Positions 47,501 through 60,077 of a stretch of 64,000 bases of DNA are shown here, in pieces. This stretch comes from Takakia lepidozioides. Lineage: Eukaryota; Plantae; Bryophyta. The number at the start of each line of letters is the position of its first letter. Within the stretch, counting starts at the first letter, position 1. Both the position numbers and the translations under genes were made by a program. Location of the stretch: NCBI GenBank assembly GCA_030704615.1, contig CM060731.1:35216001-35280000 (forward strand). Direction: 5' to 3'. Below the pieces are notes generated by a model that was not told the origin of the DNA, did not search any database, and saw only the letters and a program-made list of their open reading frames with translations.

Positions 47501-49605
47501 GTGTTTGTAAGGCTGTTAGCAACTCAGACTAGAATGGTGCCCGGCTTCGGCGTGTTGAGGATCATGTGCCTTATTTTTACAGCTATGATCTTCTCCACTT
47601 TCTCATCCAAAATGAGGGTGTGGAACTTTGAAAGGACCAGGAAGTATGACAAGTTGTAGGGCTTATGATGAGGTTTCGCCATATCTTCATAGCCAGGCAC
47701 TTTTGCCAACCAGTTGGTATGAGAAGGGGGAAGACAATAGATTGTGTGACCAGAGAGGAAGGCAGACACACTCCAAATAACAAGAAACCAATCACAGAAG
47801 GAAAACCAAACACATTTAATTGAAATTCCCCGCCTTGTGAAGTGATACACCACAACGGGGGCTGTTATTTCATGAGCGGCATGAGCATGAGCGGGAAAAA
47901 AAAAAACATGAGCGGACCATTGTGTGTCCACGGAAATAGGGTTAGGAGGCACGGAAATAGGGTCACTTGAAGTTGGAATGTGGCACCAGTGGACTCGTCA
48001 TAGCAATGAAATGCAACATTCTATTGCAAATTTTGTGGCAAGCCACATCTATACAAGTGTGTCCTAACTATCATAGCCGAAATGGGCACTACTCTCCTAC
48101 ACGCTCCGAGGAACTTGCCCAACCTTCTTCCTCATCCCCCTCATCCCCCCCATCCTCCGAGCTCTGTGATGCATCAGTTCCACTATGCCTCTCAAAAACT
48201 CCGTCCTCTCCTTGGGGACTGTCCACCTCACCTTCTGGGAATCTTCTGCCTCTTCTCCCCCACTTTCCTCAGCAGAATCCAAGACAAATCTACGAGCCTG
48301 ACGGGCTCTAATAGCTGTTGTCTCCTCCCTCATCTTCATTTTCTTGAGGCTGGCCTCGTCTAAAATCTGTTGTACACGACTAGGTTCGGAACACCTCCTA
48401 ATGGACACCGAAGCAAGCCAGACAGCATAAGTAGGAAGGATGTAGTCCCTTTCTTGACTAGGCATGAAAGCCCCCCTGGCAAAAAAATGCACGTTCCTCC
48501 TGCCCATGAACTGCAGTGTAAACGTCTCTCCTGCAGTACTTGGCATCCTACAGTAAGAACAAATCCACTTCAAGAATGCCAATACCAGCACAAGCAGAAA
48601 GGGTCTTTCAATGAAATAAGAGAGCGAAGGGAGGTGCCTCACGAAATCAGGAGGCAACTTACAATGCGACCACTCACTCGTAAACCGGGGGCTCCTCGGC
48701 CTCGATCCCAACTTGTACCTCCCCCTGCTCCTTCTCGGATTTTCCTCATCCTCCGAGGATGCCTCTTCCTCTTTCGGCAGACGTTCAGCTGCTGCAAGTT
48801 CCGAGTTGTGGAGGGCAGTATCTGGCTCTAAGGCGAACACATGCCTGTCGGACAACGTCCCTGCCCACATTGAAGCACGTGAGGAACAAAGCGGGGGGTT
48901 GATAGCATGCGGCATGCAATTGCAATCGGGCCAGGGGACAAATTGAGCACGTGAAGGCTTACCCGTGCCGCATGTGAGGTCAAGAATCCGCCCTTGGACA
49001 TCCGAGCACGTCTCCATGAGGGTTTGGATGAAAGCAGGGTTCCGGGTCCGGCTGTACCGCCATGGTTTGCCTGTCTTTGTGTCCTTCGGCATACTGGAGT
49101 GGGGCACATAGTTGTAGAGGACATCGTAGGTAACAGGGTCCACAGCGGCATCAACAAGACGGCCGTCGTTGCGGAATTTGAACGTAGACCCTCTCTTCAC
49201 AAAACAATATGCCTCAAACATCAATGTCTGCACATCCAACAAAAGAGGGATCAACTACAGGGTCTAGTTTAGATACACCACAATATGAAGTGAATGCAAT
49301 AGATTGATAACTTACACTGTGGCCCTCTGTTCGCAACCCCTGTGTATTGATGCAGAACAATTTTTTGAGGAGGACCGGGGTGACACTTTTCGGTGTCCAC
49401 CTTGCCACAACATTCTCTGTGGTCTTCTCTATTGTGGCAAGGACCACCATATATCGTCATCCAGGAGCATCCCCACCAGCCCAAACCCGGCTCTCCAGTA
49501 GTCCTCAGTAAACCTGTTCTAGGTGGGCACACCATCTAGGCCCTCCAGTAGCTCCCCATCTGGAATATCGAGGAGAGTCATATCGCAGGCTCTCTCCACC
49601 GCACC

Positions 49606-49640
49606 ACCCCCACCCCCCCCCCCCCCCCCCCCCCCTCCCC
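49606..49640. repeat. Poly-C tract
   Basis: Read directly; it interrupts the reading frame just upstream of the DIPDG motif. Confidence 0.9.
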
Positions 49641-50509
49641 CTCATGCTCTTGCAATCCGTGCTCACAGCCGTGAAGAATTCCATCATGGCTTCCAAACCA
49701 GGGGTGTCTTTAGGCTATGTACCGGCAGCCCTCTTCTTGGCTTTCCCCTTCAGCTCCTCCAAAGACTTGATGTGTGCCACCTTCTTCGCCCTGGCAGCCA
49801 GAGTGTCAAGGAAGCTCTCATTGATGCATAGGATGATGGTTGGGGGTTCTAGCTTTGGCCTCTGCGTAAACGTCACTGCCAAATGCCGCCGTGTAGGCTT
49901 GCCCTCAAATGCCAACTTCTTGGCAGAGCCAGTCCCAGTCCGAACTGACTTGGGAACCCGGACGACCGGTGACTTGGTAGCAGCAACAATAGTCGCAGGA
50001 CCTTGAACAAAGTCGTCATCAGAGTCACTCCCTACGGGCCCTTCTTGCGCCTCCTCTGGTGCCCGGTGGTTTTCTGTTTTTTGGGGGTTACTGTACTCCC
50101 CTGTTTCCGTGTCATTTTCTTTTGTCTTTTATTCTTCTCATTCAATTTCTCTTGAATACCTCCTTGAGCAAGCTCTGCCACTTCCCTGGACTTGGCAAGC
50201 ACTTTTGCCTCCTTTGGACCTAGCGGAGGCAGCCGAGCCCGGTTTCGTCGGGCCTCCGCATCCAGCTTCAATTGAAACTCGGATGAGTCGAGCGAGCCGG
50301 GCGGAAGTGCGGATGAGTCCACATACCAAGGGCAGTCGCGCAAATGATCCAGATGCCACTCCTTCACGATAACGTCAGTGTACATGGAGTCAGCCCCAGG
50401 GTTCCCCCATGCCACGAAGAATGGTGGCTCGAAGGACAGATGACCTTTCTCCAAAAGGGAGAACTTGCAGTACCTGCATTCAAGAAACACACACAGAATG
50501 AGGTCCCTG

Positions 50510-51020
50510 AACTGGAAATTCGGCACCATTTTCCCAGGTTGGGGCCGAAAAGTGCTTTCGCCACTGGGCCCGCAAATGGAAAAATGGCGCCGAATTTCCG
50601 GTTCCGGTGGCAGCCACCCTAGGGACTTAGCCATTTTCCCAGGTTTGGGCCGAAAATGGCTAAGTCCCAGAACTGACTTGGCCCGGAACTGGAAAAATGG
50701 CGCCGAATTTCCGGTTTTCGGTGCCAGCCACCCTAGGGACTTAGCCATTTTTGACCCCCTGAATTGGAAATTCGGCGCCATTTTTCCAGATCCGGGCCGA
50801 AAATGGCTAAGTCCCATATCGCATATGGGTAACTGACTCGGCCCGGATCTGGAAAAATGGCGCCGAATTTCCGGTTTCGGTGCCAGCCAGCCTAGGGACT
50901 TGGCCATTTTCGGGGCCTTGAATTGGAAATTCGACGCCATTTTCCAGGTTGGGGCCGAAAATGGCTAAGTCCCAGAACTGACTGGGCCTGGAACTGGAAA
51001 AATGGCGCCGAATTTGCAGA
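50510..51020. repeat. Tandem array (~120 bp period) containing GAAAAATGGCGCCGAATTTCC and AAAATGGCTAAGTCCC, inside a predicted intron of the ParB-MTase gene
   Basis: Motif at 50580, 50693, 50853 and 50997 with inverted partners at 50514, 50766 and 50925. Confidence 0.9.
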
Positions 51021-54000
51021 CTGAGTGCCAGCCACGCGTTGGACAGCCATCCCCCTGGGCCCGAATACATCCTCTTACATCCTGGAAATGTAGGGACTAA
51101 AAAGAAAGGCATCACGTATGTACCTGTACAGAAGGCGCATTGCCGCTTTGTCTGCGTGAGGCTGGTCGGTGAACTCGTGGCTCCGGCGGGCATGGGGTAT
51201 CTCTCGAAAGAATAGGTCGGTCAGAGCAGAAAGTATCTCGTCACATAGTCTCGTAGGCTCTCTGCTTCACCAGAAATCTCCAGCTTGAACTGATGTGCTT
51301 GTGTGTCAAGCTGCTCTTGCGCATTCGTCGTCACCTGTGGAGATTCTCCATCAGATCGTTTTCCTCAAAAATACAAAAAATTCACCCGCTACAAGAGTAG
51401 AAGCGCCAAATGAAGCGTGGGAAAGTACCTGAAACCACCATGTCATACGGTTCATCCACATGTCGAATGTGGGGTCAGACAGTTTGTCGGGTTTGGGGAA
51501 GCTCCACATGTCCATTGTACTTTGGGAACCATTCCAGATTTGGAGCCACCGGGTCTGTCCAACCACCCAGCAATTAGTAAGCGCCAAACACCAAAAAAAC
51601 GGATTATTGCCACAACAATTTGGTTAAGAATGTATCACCTTTTCTGTTGCATCCACGCAGGATGTGGCTAGACGATGCAGCTTTTCCAATGTCATCATGG
51701 ACTCAGAGCGCGGGAGTAGTGTTTCCCCACCTCCACCAGAAAGTCGGCACCAAGGGCGGGATCAGCTATGGCCACGTACTTTACCATCCGCGACTTGTAC
51801 TTAATGCGGGCCTTCGCCTCCGCAACTTTGAGATACGATTCCAGTGCCGGGAGGATTAATTTCTTCTCCTCTGACTCTATGTAGAACCTCCGCACATGTG
51901 CCAAATCCTGCTGAATTTTCGTCTGTCAAGAATGCGCACATAAGATTAGAAATCCGGGTCAACACTCTTTCTTCTATTGGGGGAGAGACATATTGGCGGA
52001 ACAACAGGAAGAGCTTTACCTGAAATATGTAGTCCACCATGGCGTCCATGCTCAGCCTATACCAGGTTCTGTCTGCCTGCGATCTTTGGGCCCCACACAC
52101 CTTCAGCACAACACACTCCACGGCGAAATGTCAATCCAGGTTGTTGGGGTGGGCTTGGGCTATGTACTCCATCCATGCCAGGAGGCGATGATTGTCGTCC
52201 CACGCGTAAAACATCTTTCCGGACAAGTGTTGGAAAAGAGGATCAGTAGCAATCGATCTCTCAAACTCCTCATTTCGCCTTTGCCAATGGGGACCCCATT
52301 TGTCCACCTCATCGGAAGTGTGGGCACGGGAAGCTCCGTGGTCGTTCTCAATGGAAACGTAAAACGTGGCAGACCCCATTCGATATCCCTCCCGGAAAGA
52401 GAATTTCAGCTTGTCGATATCGCCTGGGAGGGCAGGTCTCAACAACTGCAATGACACCAAGCGGCAAAGGGGAATCCGAAGCTTGGCCGGGTACACCATG
52501 CCCCACATGACCCTGCCAATGTTGCTGTGGGTTGCCTCCAACATCTTAGAAGCGGCCAACTTCATATCCGCCTCCGACATGACGTCTGCTGCAGAGGGGT
52601 TCTCCGGCAGCCCACCGGGACCACCAAATCCAACCTGTATGCTGCGGGTTTGGGGCCTGGGGATGTCCGGGAGGATGTCATCCTGGTCAGAAAGCTCCAT
52701 CTCGTGTCCTCAACATGGCAAACACGGCGGGAAGCACCTCGAGCACTCTCCCCGTCTCTACTGCCCTCTCCCCGGCTTCACCTAAAACCCCCAATCCATG
52801 CTCTTTGTGGTGTTCTTTCCTCTCCTCCAGTCTCCACCGTATGGGTAGTTGTGCGGGTTGCTCCCACCCGCAATGGTGTAACCGGTAAGCATGCAGCCGG
52901 TCTGTTACTGCCTATTTCTGTTGTCTTGGAGGGATCCACCGTCTCTGTGCGTCCCTCCCTTACATGGGCATCTATCATTTCGACACCCCTGGCCTCTTCA
53001 ATGGCCTTTTCTCTTGCTTCTTGGCTAGCCTTCTGTCTTGCCTGTTCTTTTGCCCTCTCTTTTGCCCTCTCACGGGCCTTCTGTTTCCTACTAGGGGTAG
53101 CAGTAGGGGAGGCCTCCGGGACGACCACCTTTGATTGAAGCAAACTGACACCCTCGGGCGACCTGCTCAATCCCCCCTCTGCAGCCTGTGAAGGCTCTCT
53201 CGCCGGGGATTTTATCTGCTTGGCTTTCTTCTTCTTCTTTGCGTGGGCGGGCCCTACTGCATGTGCATCAGCTTCCTCCGATATCGGATCTGTTGTCCTC
53301 ATCCGACGGGCTTCACCTGCCATGCACCTGCACCAAACTCCCGAATGCCTATTCTGGCGTGCTCTCGCTGCAAGCCATCCCGTCCACCAACTGTAGGAGC
53401 AAGAATTTATTTTCCCTCCGCCCCCAAGTTGGGCGATCCAAACATGCGAACCACCAGCTCCGTCGACTGCTGCCAACAACTCTCCGACTGCGATTGAAGA
53501 CTAGCGACTTTTGGAGTGACTGATCGAGCAGTTGGAGTTGTCGATGATACCACCAGTGTGTCGCGCTCGTCTTCACTGTGTCATCCCCAACAATCGTGAG
53601 AACCACCATCGCAATGAAAACCACCATCGCATGCACCATCGCAACAATCGTGGAACAACAATGAAAACAAACCCAGGCAATGCCTAACAATCACATGCAA
53701 AAGCAGCCTTCTCCAGAGCTGCCGGCTTTGCTCACGCATTGCAAACTATCGATGGTTCATTCAACCAGTAACTTGCAGAAATCAACATGGAAATTGAAGG
53801 ACTTCATCCTTTTGAAGGCACTTCATCTGCCCAGACAATCTTCTTAGCTCAGCATGGATTTCCTTAATTCTAGGATGCAACCTGTCATCTACAGCGAAGG
53901 TTTGCACCCTGTTGCAAATCTGAATGCAAAAATGACCTTGCTCTTTCTAACCCCTTTGACCTTCATCATTCTTCTCACCAATTCTGCTTTGCGATGCAAC

Positions 54001-54519
54001 CATGCACTTGCAGGGCTGGCAGGCTGAACAAACAAACAAAGCGAAGACCGCAAATGATACAGAAAGCGAAAGAGGAGGGGGCTCACCTGAGAGTGCTCGG
54101 CTTCAGTTGGCGTGGGCTGTGAGCAAGACAAGGGGATCTCCTGCTGGAGCTTCAGTTTGGCCATGCAAGACGTTGGACACCGCCCATAGTACAAAGGCTT
54201 CAGTTTGCGGCGCGGTCTGCATGTGGGGTTTCTCTCAGGAGAGCCATGCCCTTCTCCACGCAGCATAAGTCCCTACAACAGTAAAAATCACCCGCAGAAT
54301 GCGTGCGTACAGGCCTCGAGTGGAACTTCATCCACCCGTCACATCCAGGTTTAGGGTTGGCGTATCCGGGAAGCAAGGGCGGAATCCGTGCAGAACATCC
54401 GGTTCAAAACTGACGGCGGAGGACATTTAATGCGCACTCCGCGCTCAAATGGAAGAGGTATGGAGGTCGGCTCTTAAGGTCCACGTGGCCCACCCTCCCC
54501 CCGAGAATTTATTATTAGC

Positions 54520-55500
54520 CCACTGGATGGAAAAAACGGCGCCGAATTTCCATCGAGCGCATAAAGTAGGATGCAACGTGGCCCTCCTTTTGGCCGAGAC
54601 GTTCTGGCCGGATGGAAAAAACGGCTCCGAATTTCCATCCGACGGCCCGCCGGAGGAAGTCGGCTCGGGGGGAGAGGCGGACACCTGGCCAACCGAGAAC
54701 ATCCCCCGGATGGAAAAACGGCGCCGAATTGCCATCCGAGGCCGCCCGGACGAAGTCGTATGGAGGGGAGAGGCCGACACCTGGCCGACAGAGAATATCC
54801 TCCGGATGGAAATTCGGTGCCGAATTTCCATCCGGGGCCGCCCGGACGAAGTCGTTCGGGGGAGAGGCCAACACCTGGCCGACAGAGAAATTCCCCCGGA
54901 TGGAAACGGCGCCGAATTTCCATCGGAGGCCGCCCGGACGAAGTCGGCCCAGAGGGAGTGAGGCCGATATCTGGCCGACAGAGAACATCCGCGGATGGGA
55001 AAACCGGCGCCGAATTTTCCATCCAGCAGGTAAGCAGGAGAGCTGCCGGTGGAAAAACCGGCGCCGAATTCCATCCAGCGGTAAGCAGGAGGAGCACTGC
55101 CGGATGGAAACGGACAGGAATTTGTCTCTAGCGGACGACAATTGTGGGAAAAACTTGCCAAGAAGAGGAGTGCAGGCCCAAAAACTCTTAGTTTGTATGA
55201 GTAAGATACCAAAAACGCGAAAAAACTGGATGACAAGGACTGAAAAAATTGTTTATGACGGGTTCCCTCGGATGGAATTTCGGCGCCGAATTTCCATCCG
55301 GGGGATGTTCTCTGTCGGCCAGGTGCGGACCTCTCCCCCCGAGCCGACTTAATACGGGCGGCACCGGATGGAAATTTGGATACGAATTTCCATCCGGGGG
55401 ATGTTCTCTGTCGGCAGGGCCGCCCTCTCCCCCGAGGCCCGACTTCCCCTGGGCGAGGCCGATGGAAATTCGCGGCCGAATTTCCATCCGGGGGATGTGT
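54520..55500. repeat. GC-rich array of the palindrome GGATGGAAATTCGGCGCCGAATTTCCATCC, with head-to-head orientation switch near 55200
   Basis: For example 54803 ccggatggaaattcggtgccgaatttccatccgg and 55269 cggatggaatttcggcgccgaatttccatccg; roughly ten variants. Confidence 0.9.
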
Positions 55501-55755
55501 CTCTGTCGGGCCATTTGTCGGCCTCTTCCCCCAAGTGTCTCTGTCGCGGGCCCCTTTGTCGGCATTCTTCCCCCAAGGGTCGCGGGCCCTTTGCATTGAG
55601 GGCAGGGGAAATCCCTTTGGTAAGATGGCAGTCCGGAATAGCTCCCCACTCCTGGTCGCTTTCCGGCTCGCTCGCTTACTCACTAGTTTTTGGTCACCAA
55701 TGGGCTTGCACCGTTTTCTCGGGGTTACTACTCCCTATAATATACTTCTGGTGAC

Positions 55756-58700
55756 TGTCCGCGGGGGGGTTCATAAACAACCATGCCATTTTTATGGCGA
55801 ACCACCACGAAGACCCTCGACTCCCAGTGATGAGTCGCGGTGAGTCTTGGCACACCCACCACGGCCCCATTGGGCCGTGATGAGTCTCAAGACTCCCCAC
55901 GACTTCCACCACGAGGGTCTCCACCCCAAGGTGAGTCCTATGCCACCCCCACTAAGTCCCGCTAAGCTACCAACACCCCTTGTGAGCCACCCCCACCGCA
56001 ACCGTGTGCGGGGCTCCACCTAGTGAGCGCCCTCCGCCTCCTTGAGTGCTTTGGGCACTCAAGGGTGCTTCAGCCACCCGTACCTATCGCTGGAACTGCC
56101 CCCACCACAGGGGCAGCCCCTCTGCGTCCTGACCCCCCTGCCCTCAAGGCAAAGGGCCGCGACACACACCCCTACCAACAAGGAGTCGATGTCCTCATCG
56201 ACTTGTCCATTTTGTAGAAACGAACATCCAAGTTGTGGCGTCCCACATCAAGGAGTTTGTTTATTGTACCATGGCGTCCCATGGCAAAGGAACCAAACCC
56301 CACACTTGACTTACTCTCCACTAGCTAGTTCGGCCGACTTCCTCCAAGTCCCGGCCAAGGGTGGAGCCTCTCAAGCTCCTCCCAGTGCACTCTTCTTGGC
56401 CTACTCAGGGCCAAAGGAACGATCCGCCCCGAGGATCGAGTCGCCTTACTGCAACAACATTGCTTGCGACCGCTCATGATGCCGCTTTTGACATCACCTT
56501 TAGCAAGGGTTCACCTCGAACCCTTTTTGACTAAGAAGATAACCTTGAACCAACCGTGCGCCCCAATCGCTACAATTGGGTCCACCTTGGAATGTTTGCC
56601 TGAGGTACGGGAACCACGCCCAAGCCGCACTATGACTTTGTCCCGAGGCTACACGATTATAGTACGTGAACGGAAGCACGTAGCTTCCACGTTAGGGCCC
56701 GCACTACAAAGGCAACCCATCGGTAGCGGTAGTGATAGTAGTTATAGTACGCGACGCGCCAGGTGCACATAGCATGTGAACTCCCAAAGAAGGCGCAAGT
56801 TTCCTTGCCCCCTTAGATGGGGAGTCACCCGATTTCTGGCACTACGCAAACACACGATTAAACCAATTTACCACTCCCTCTTTTGTAAGCTAGCATGCAT
56901 TCTACACACTAGCCAACCATACCATGCATCAACATTCCAAACAAAATAAGAGGCGCAACATTCGGAAACCATTTATAACAAAATTTGTACAGCACAAGTT
57001 TTTGCAATCGGATTTCCTGAGCTAGCTAAGTCAGGCTAAGCATGCATTTCCTCCCCACGATCCAAGGTTGATGTCCCCATCAACGTCTGTCTTCCGCTTT
57101 TGAGGTCGGCCTTCGAACCGCTTGCCAACCGCCTTGGATGCGTTTCCCATTTCTGAGGCACGCACCCAAGATGCCTCCACATGATGATAGCCCTTCCATT
57201 TCACGAGATACTCGGTTTTCTCGGTTCTGAACCTCCTCGACTTAAGCACTGCCTCCACCTCGTACTCAGATTCATTTTCATGATCCAACAACATAGGTGG
57301 CGGACGCAACACTTGATGCCGATTCGGACGCGTTTCATCTTTGAAGTAAGGCTTCAAAAGGGAGCCGGATGCACCTTGCTATTTGCTGGCAGCTCCAATT
57401 CATGCACGTCCTCATTCATAATCTTCCAAAGATTGCAAAAGGGTCCCGCATACGGAGGTACGAACTTGGACTCACTTCCGGAGGTACTCGGAAATTCTTG
57501 ATGTTCAACCAGACCTCCGTGCCTGCCTCAAAATTCACTTTCTCTCCGCTTCCGATCGATTCGCCTGCCTTTCATACCGTTTCCTAGCTTTGGCAATGTT
57601 GTACTTTGCGAGTTTCAACAAACGTTCGCGTTCTTCCAGTAACGCCGTTGCTGCCGGTTCCTCAAGGGTCTTGGGCGGGCCCAACTTGTCGGCACCAGAG
57701 GTGCTTTTCCATAGGACCAAACGAAAGGGAAAACTCCCGTTGCGGAGTGTTTTGTGTTATTATATTATTAACAGAACTCTGCCGCGTCCAAGTGTTCCAC
57801 CCAGTCTGATTGGTCTGCCCAACAGGTAATTCCGTAAGATCTGCTTCACTACGGAATTACTCTTTCCGTTTGGCCGTCCGTTGTTCGTTGTTGGTCGGGA
57901 GGCGGTGCCTCAACTTCAGCCTCGTCCCCATCTTCTTCCAAAGTGCCCTCCAAAATTACTCGTAAACTTTGGATTGCGGTCCGAGACAATATCCTTCCGG
58001 GAGTCCATTGATGCTTGGAAGACGTGGGCAAAAGTAAAGTCGCCCGTCTCCTGCGCCGTTGCCGTCTCCTTGGTAGGGATGAAATGACCCATTTTACTGA
58101 AACCTATCCCCCCACCCATGATCGCATCGAATCCTATTTTGACAGCGGACATAGCAGTCATGAAATCCATCGAGACGCTTTCCCAAGACCCCTCTGGAAA
58201 TTCGGCAAGGGTGTTGTAACAGCCCCGCTTGCTTTTTGTACTCACTCCGGTTTTGTGGCATGTGGTGCATGTCTTGACATACTCCTCTGCCTCCTCCCTC
58301 AGTTTGGGGACAGGAAAGAAGAAATACTCTTTCTTCAAGAGGTGCCGCGGTGCGCTTGGCTCCGCTGTGGCCTGCAAGCGGGCCATCATGACATTCTTCA
58401 AGAGAGACTATCTTTGATCCTCCTTCGGCACATAGCCAATAGAGACGCTTTTTGCTTATACCGTGGAGCAGTCCATTTTGCAAAGTGGAAACGCGATTTT
58501 AACCCTCATCCTCAAGTCCCCGCACACGGACTTCGCCAGCTCATCCTTCCGGCAAGGCTTTCGGATCTTCCTTTGGAGCGTCGTCTCGCCCCTGTACACC
58601 AACATGAGTTACTGCTTTCTACTTAAAGCATCGGCCCCCACATTGTTCTCGTCCCGGTTTGTAGTGGATATCCACGTTCGAACACCGCCAAAGTATCTTG

Positions 58701-59427
58701 CCACCTAAGTTGGTTTGGGAACAACTTAGGTTGCGTGCCAAAATACTTCACCGTGACATTGTTCGTGAATACCTTCACTGGGTTGGAACCAACATAGTGG
58801 CGCCAAAAGCTCAAGGCAATGCACCACCGCCTTCATCTCTTTCTCGTGCGTCGGCCACCGTCGCTCCACTTCATTCAGTTTCTTACTTTTGTAAGCCACT
58901 GGACGTCATAAGTACACCCCCAATCGCGAAGTCCGACGCATCTGTATGAATCTCGAACGGATGGTCGAACTCCGGAATTTTCAAGACTGGACCTTCCGCC
59001 ATCCGCTGCTTCAATTCAGCAAAAGCTTGGCCACAAAAGGTGTTTCATACCCAGACTTTGGATTTACACAGAAGGTCCGATAGCGGCCCCGCGATCTCGG
59101 CGAAATTTCTCACATACTTTCGTTAATAGGAGGCGAGTCCTAGGAAGGATCGCACTCCGGGACCGAAGTGAGAGGCTCCTAGTCCCCAGATCGCCCTCAC
59201 CTTTCTGTCATCCATTTTGATCCCATCCTATGTAATCACATGCCCCAGGAACTCCACTTTTGTGACCCCGAATTTGCACTTTGAAGCTTTGGCATACAGC
59301 TTCCCTTCCCGCAATTTCTAGAACACCTTTTTGAGGTGCTCCAGGTGCTCCTCCTTTGTTTTCGACTATACCAAGATGTCGTCGATGTACACGATCACAA
59401 AGTCATCCAACCACTCCTGGAAAAAGT
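55756..59427 (-). mobile_element. 5'-truncated chromovirus (Ty3/gypsy with chromodomain): RT end, RH, IN, CHD, PPT and probable 3' LTR (~57046-55756)
   Basis: FVIVYIDDIL; EIHTDASDFAIG; WESVSMDFMT; IVSDRNPKFTS; TDGQTERV; YEVEAVL..EYLVKWKGY..ASW chromodomain; PPT GGGGAGGAAA; many indels. Confidence 0.9.
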
Positions 59428-59467
59428 TATCGGCCCTGCATTCCTTCCCCTCACTGCATCCCCCTTC

Positions 59468-60077
59468 TACCATGGCGCTTGCCCGAACGCCATCCTGGCA
59501 GTCTTGTGTGCATAGCTCCCATGGCAGAAAACCCGAGCAACTACAGTGTTACTGCCCTCCTCACGAGCATAGAGCTTCATTTCCGTGCAGAGGGGACATT
59601 TGCCGGGTGATGGAGGAATATCTCTGCGTTTGATACCACCTGAAATCGGGGTCGGTATTTTTGGAGGAGGAAAGGAAGGATTCAAACGGAGTTTGTAGTC
59701 GAAAGTATTGTTGTGCTCCATGATGATTTCGGCGACGGCAGGGAATGGCTCTACCATGGCTTGCCCGAACTGCCATTCCTGGCAGTCTTGTGTGCATAGT
59801 CTACCATGGCTTGCCCGAACTGCCATTCCTGGCAGTCTTGTGTGCATAGGGCTCCCATGGCAGAAAACCCGAGCCTACAGTGTACTGCCCTCCTCACGAG
59901 CATAGGATTCATTTCCGTGCAGAGGGGACATTTGCCGGGTGATGGAGAAATATCTCTGCGTTGATACCACCTGAAATCGGGGTCGGTATTTTTGGAGGAG
60001 GAAAGGAAGGATTCAAACGGAGTTGTAGTCGAAAGTATTGTTGTGCTCCATGATGATTTCGGCGACGGCAGGGAATG
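59468..60077 (+). repeat. Tandem duplication of the transposase 5' end (~59468-59747 and ~59802-60077, plus a 50 bp unit at 59752)
   Basis: taccatggc..ttgcccgaac..cctggcagtcttgtgtgcatag occurs three times; the first long copy has extra 1-nt indels. Confidence 0.85.

Larger units (their letters stand above)
48097..53300 (-). pseudogene. Multi-exon gene: N-terminal ParB/Srx-like domain and C-terminal beta-class N4C/N6A DNA amino-methyltransferase-like domain; this copy is disrupted
   Basis: ParB-like IPLCRL..LRP..DIDKLKFSF..FYV..MFYAWDDNHRLLAW (52480-52172); motif IV-like CDMTLLDIPDG (DIPDG at 49569-49555) then VPT*N..LLDDD; DVLYNY..GKPWR..RNPAFIQTLMETCSDVQGRILDLTCGTG|ASMWAGTLSDRHVFALEPD (motifs X-I-II) across a probable intron at 48962-48879. 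Confidence 0.7.

Noticed and set aside
50510-50940. N-terminal half of ORF 50032-50940 as coding
   Set aside because: It is a translation of the repeat array within a probable intron; only the part after the acceptor near 50474 looks exonic
48097-53300. Bacterial or phage contamination as the source of the ParB/MTase gene
   Set aside because: The gene is split by spliceosomal-type introns and sits among plant TEs with shared repeats
54445-55843. Long overlapping ORFs on both strands (up to 412 aa)
   Set aside because: These are open frames produced by a GC-rich palindromic repeat array; the translations are repetitive with no domain motifs
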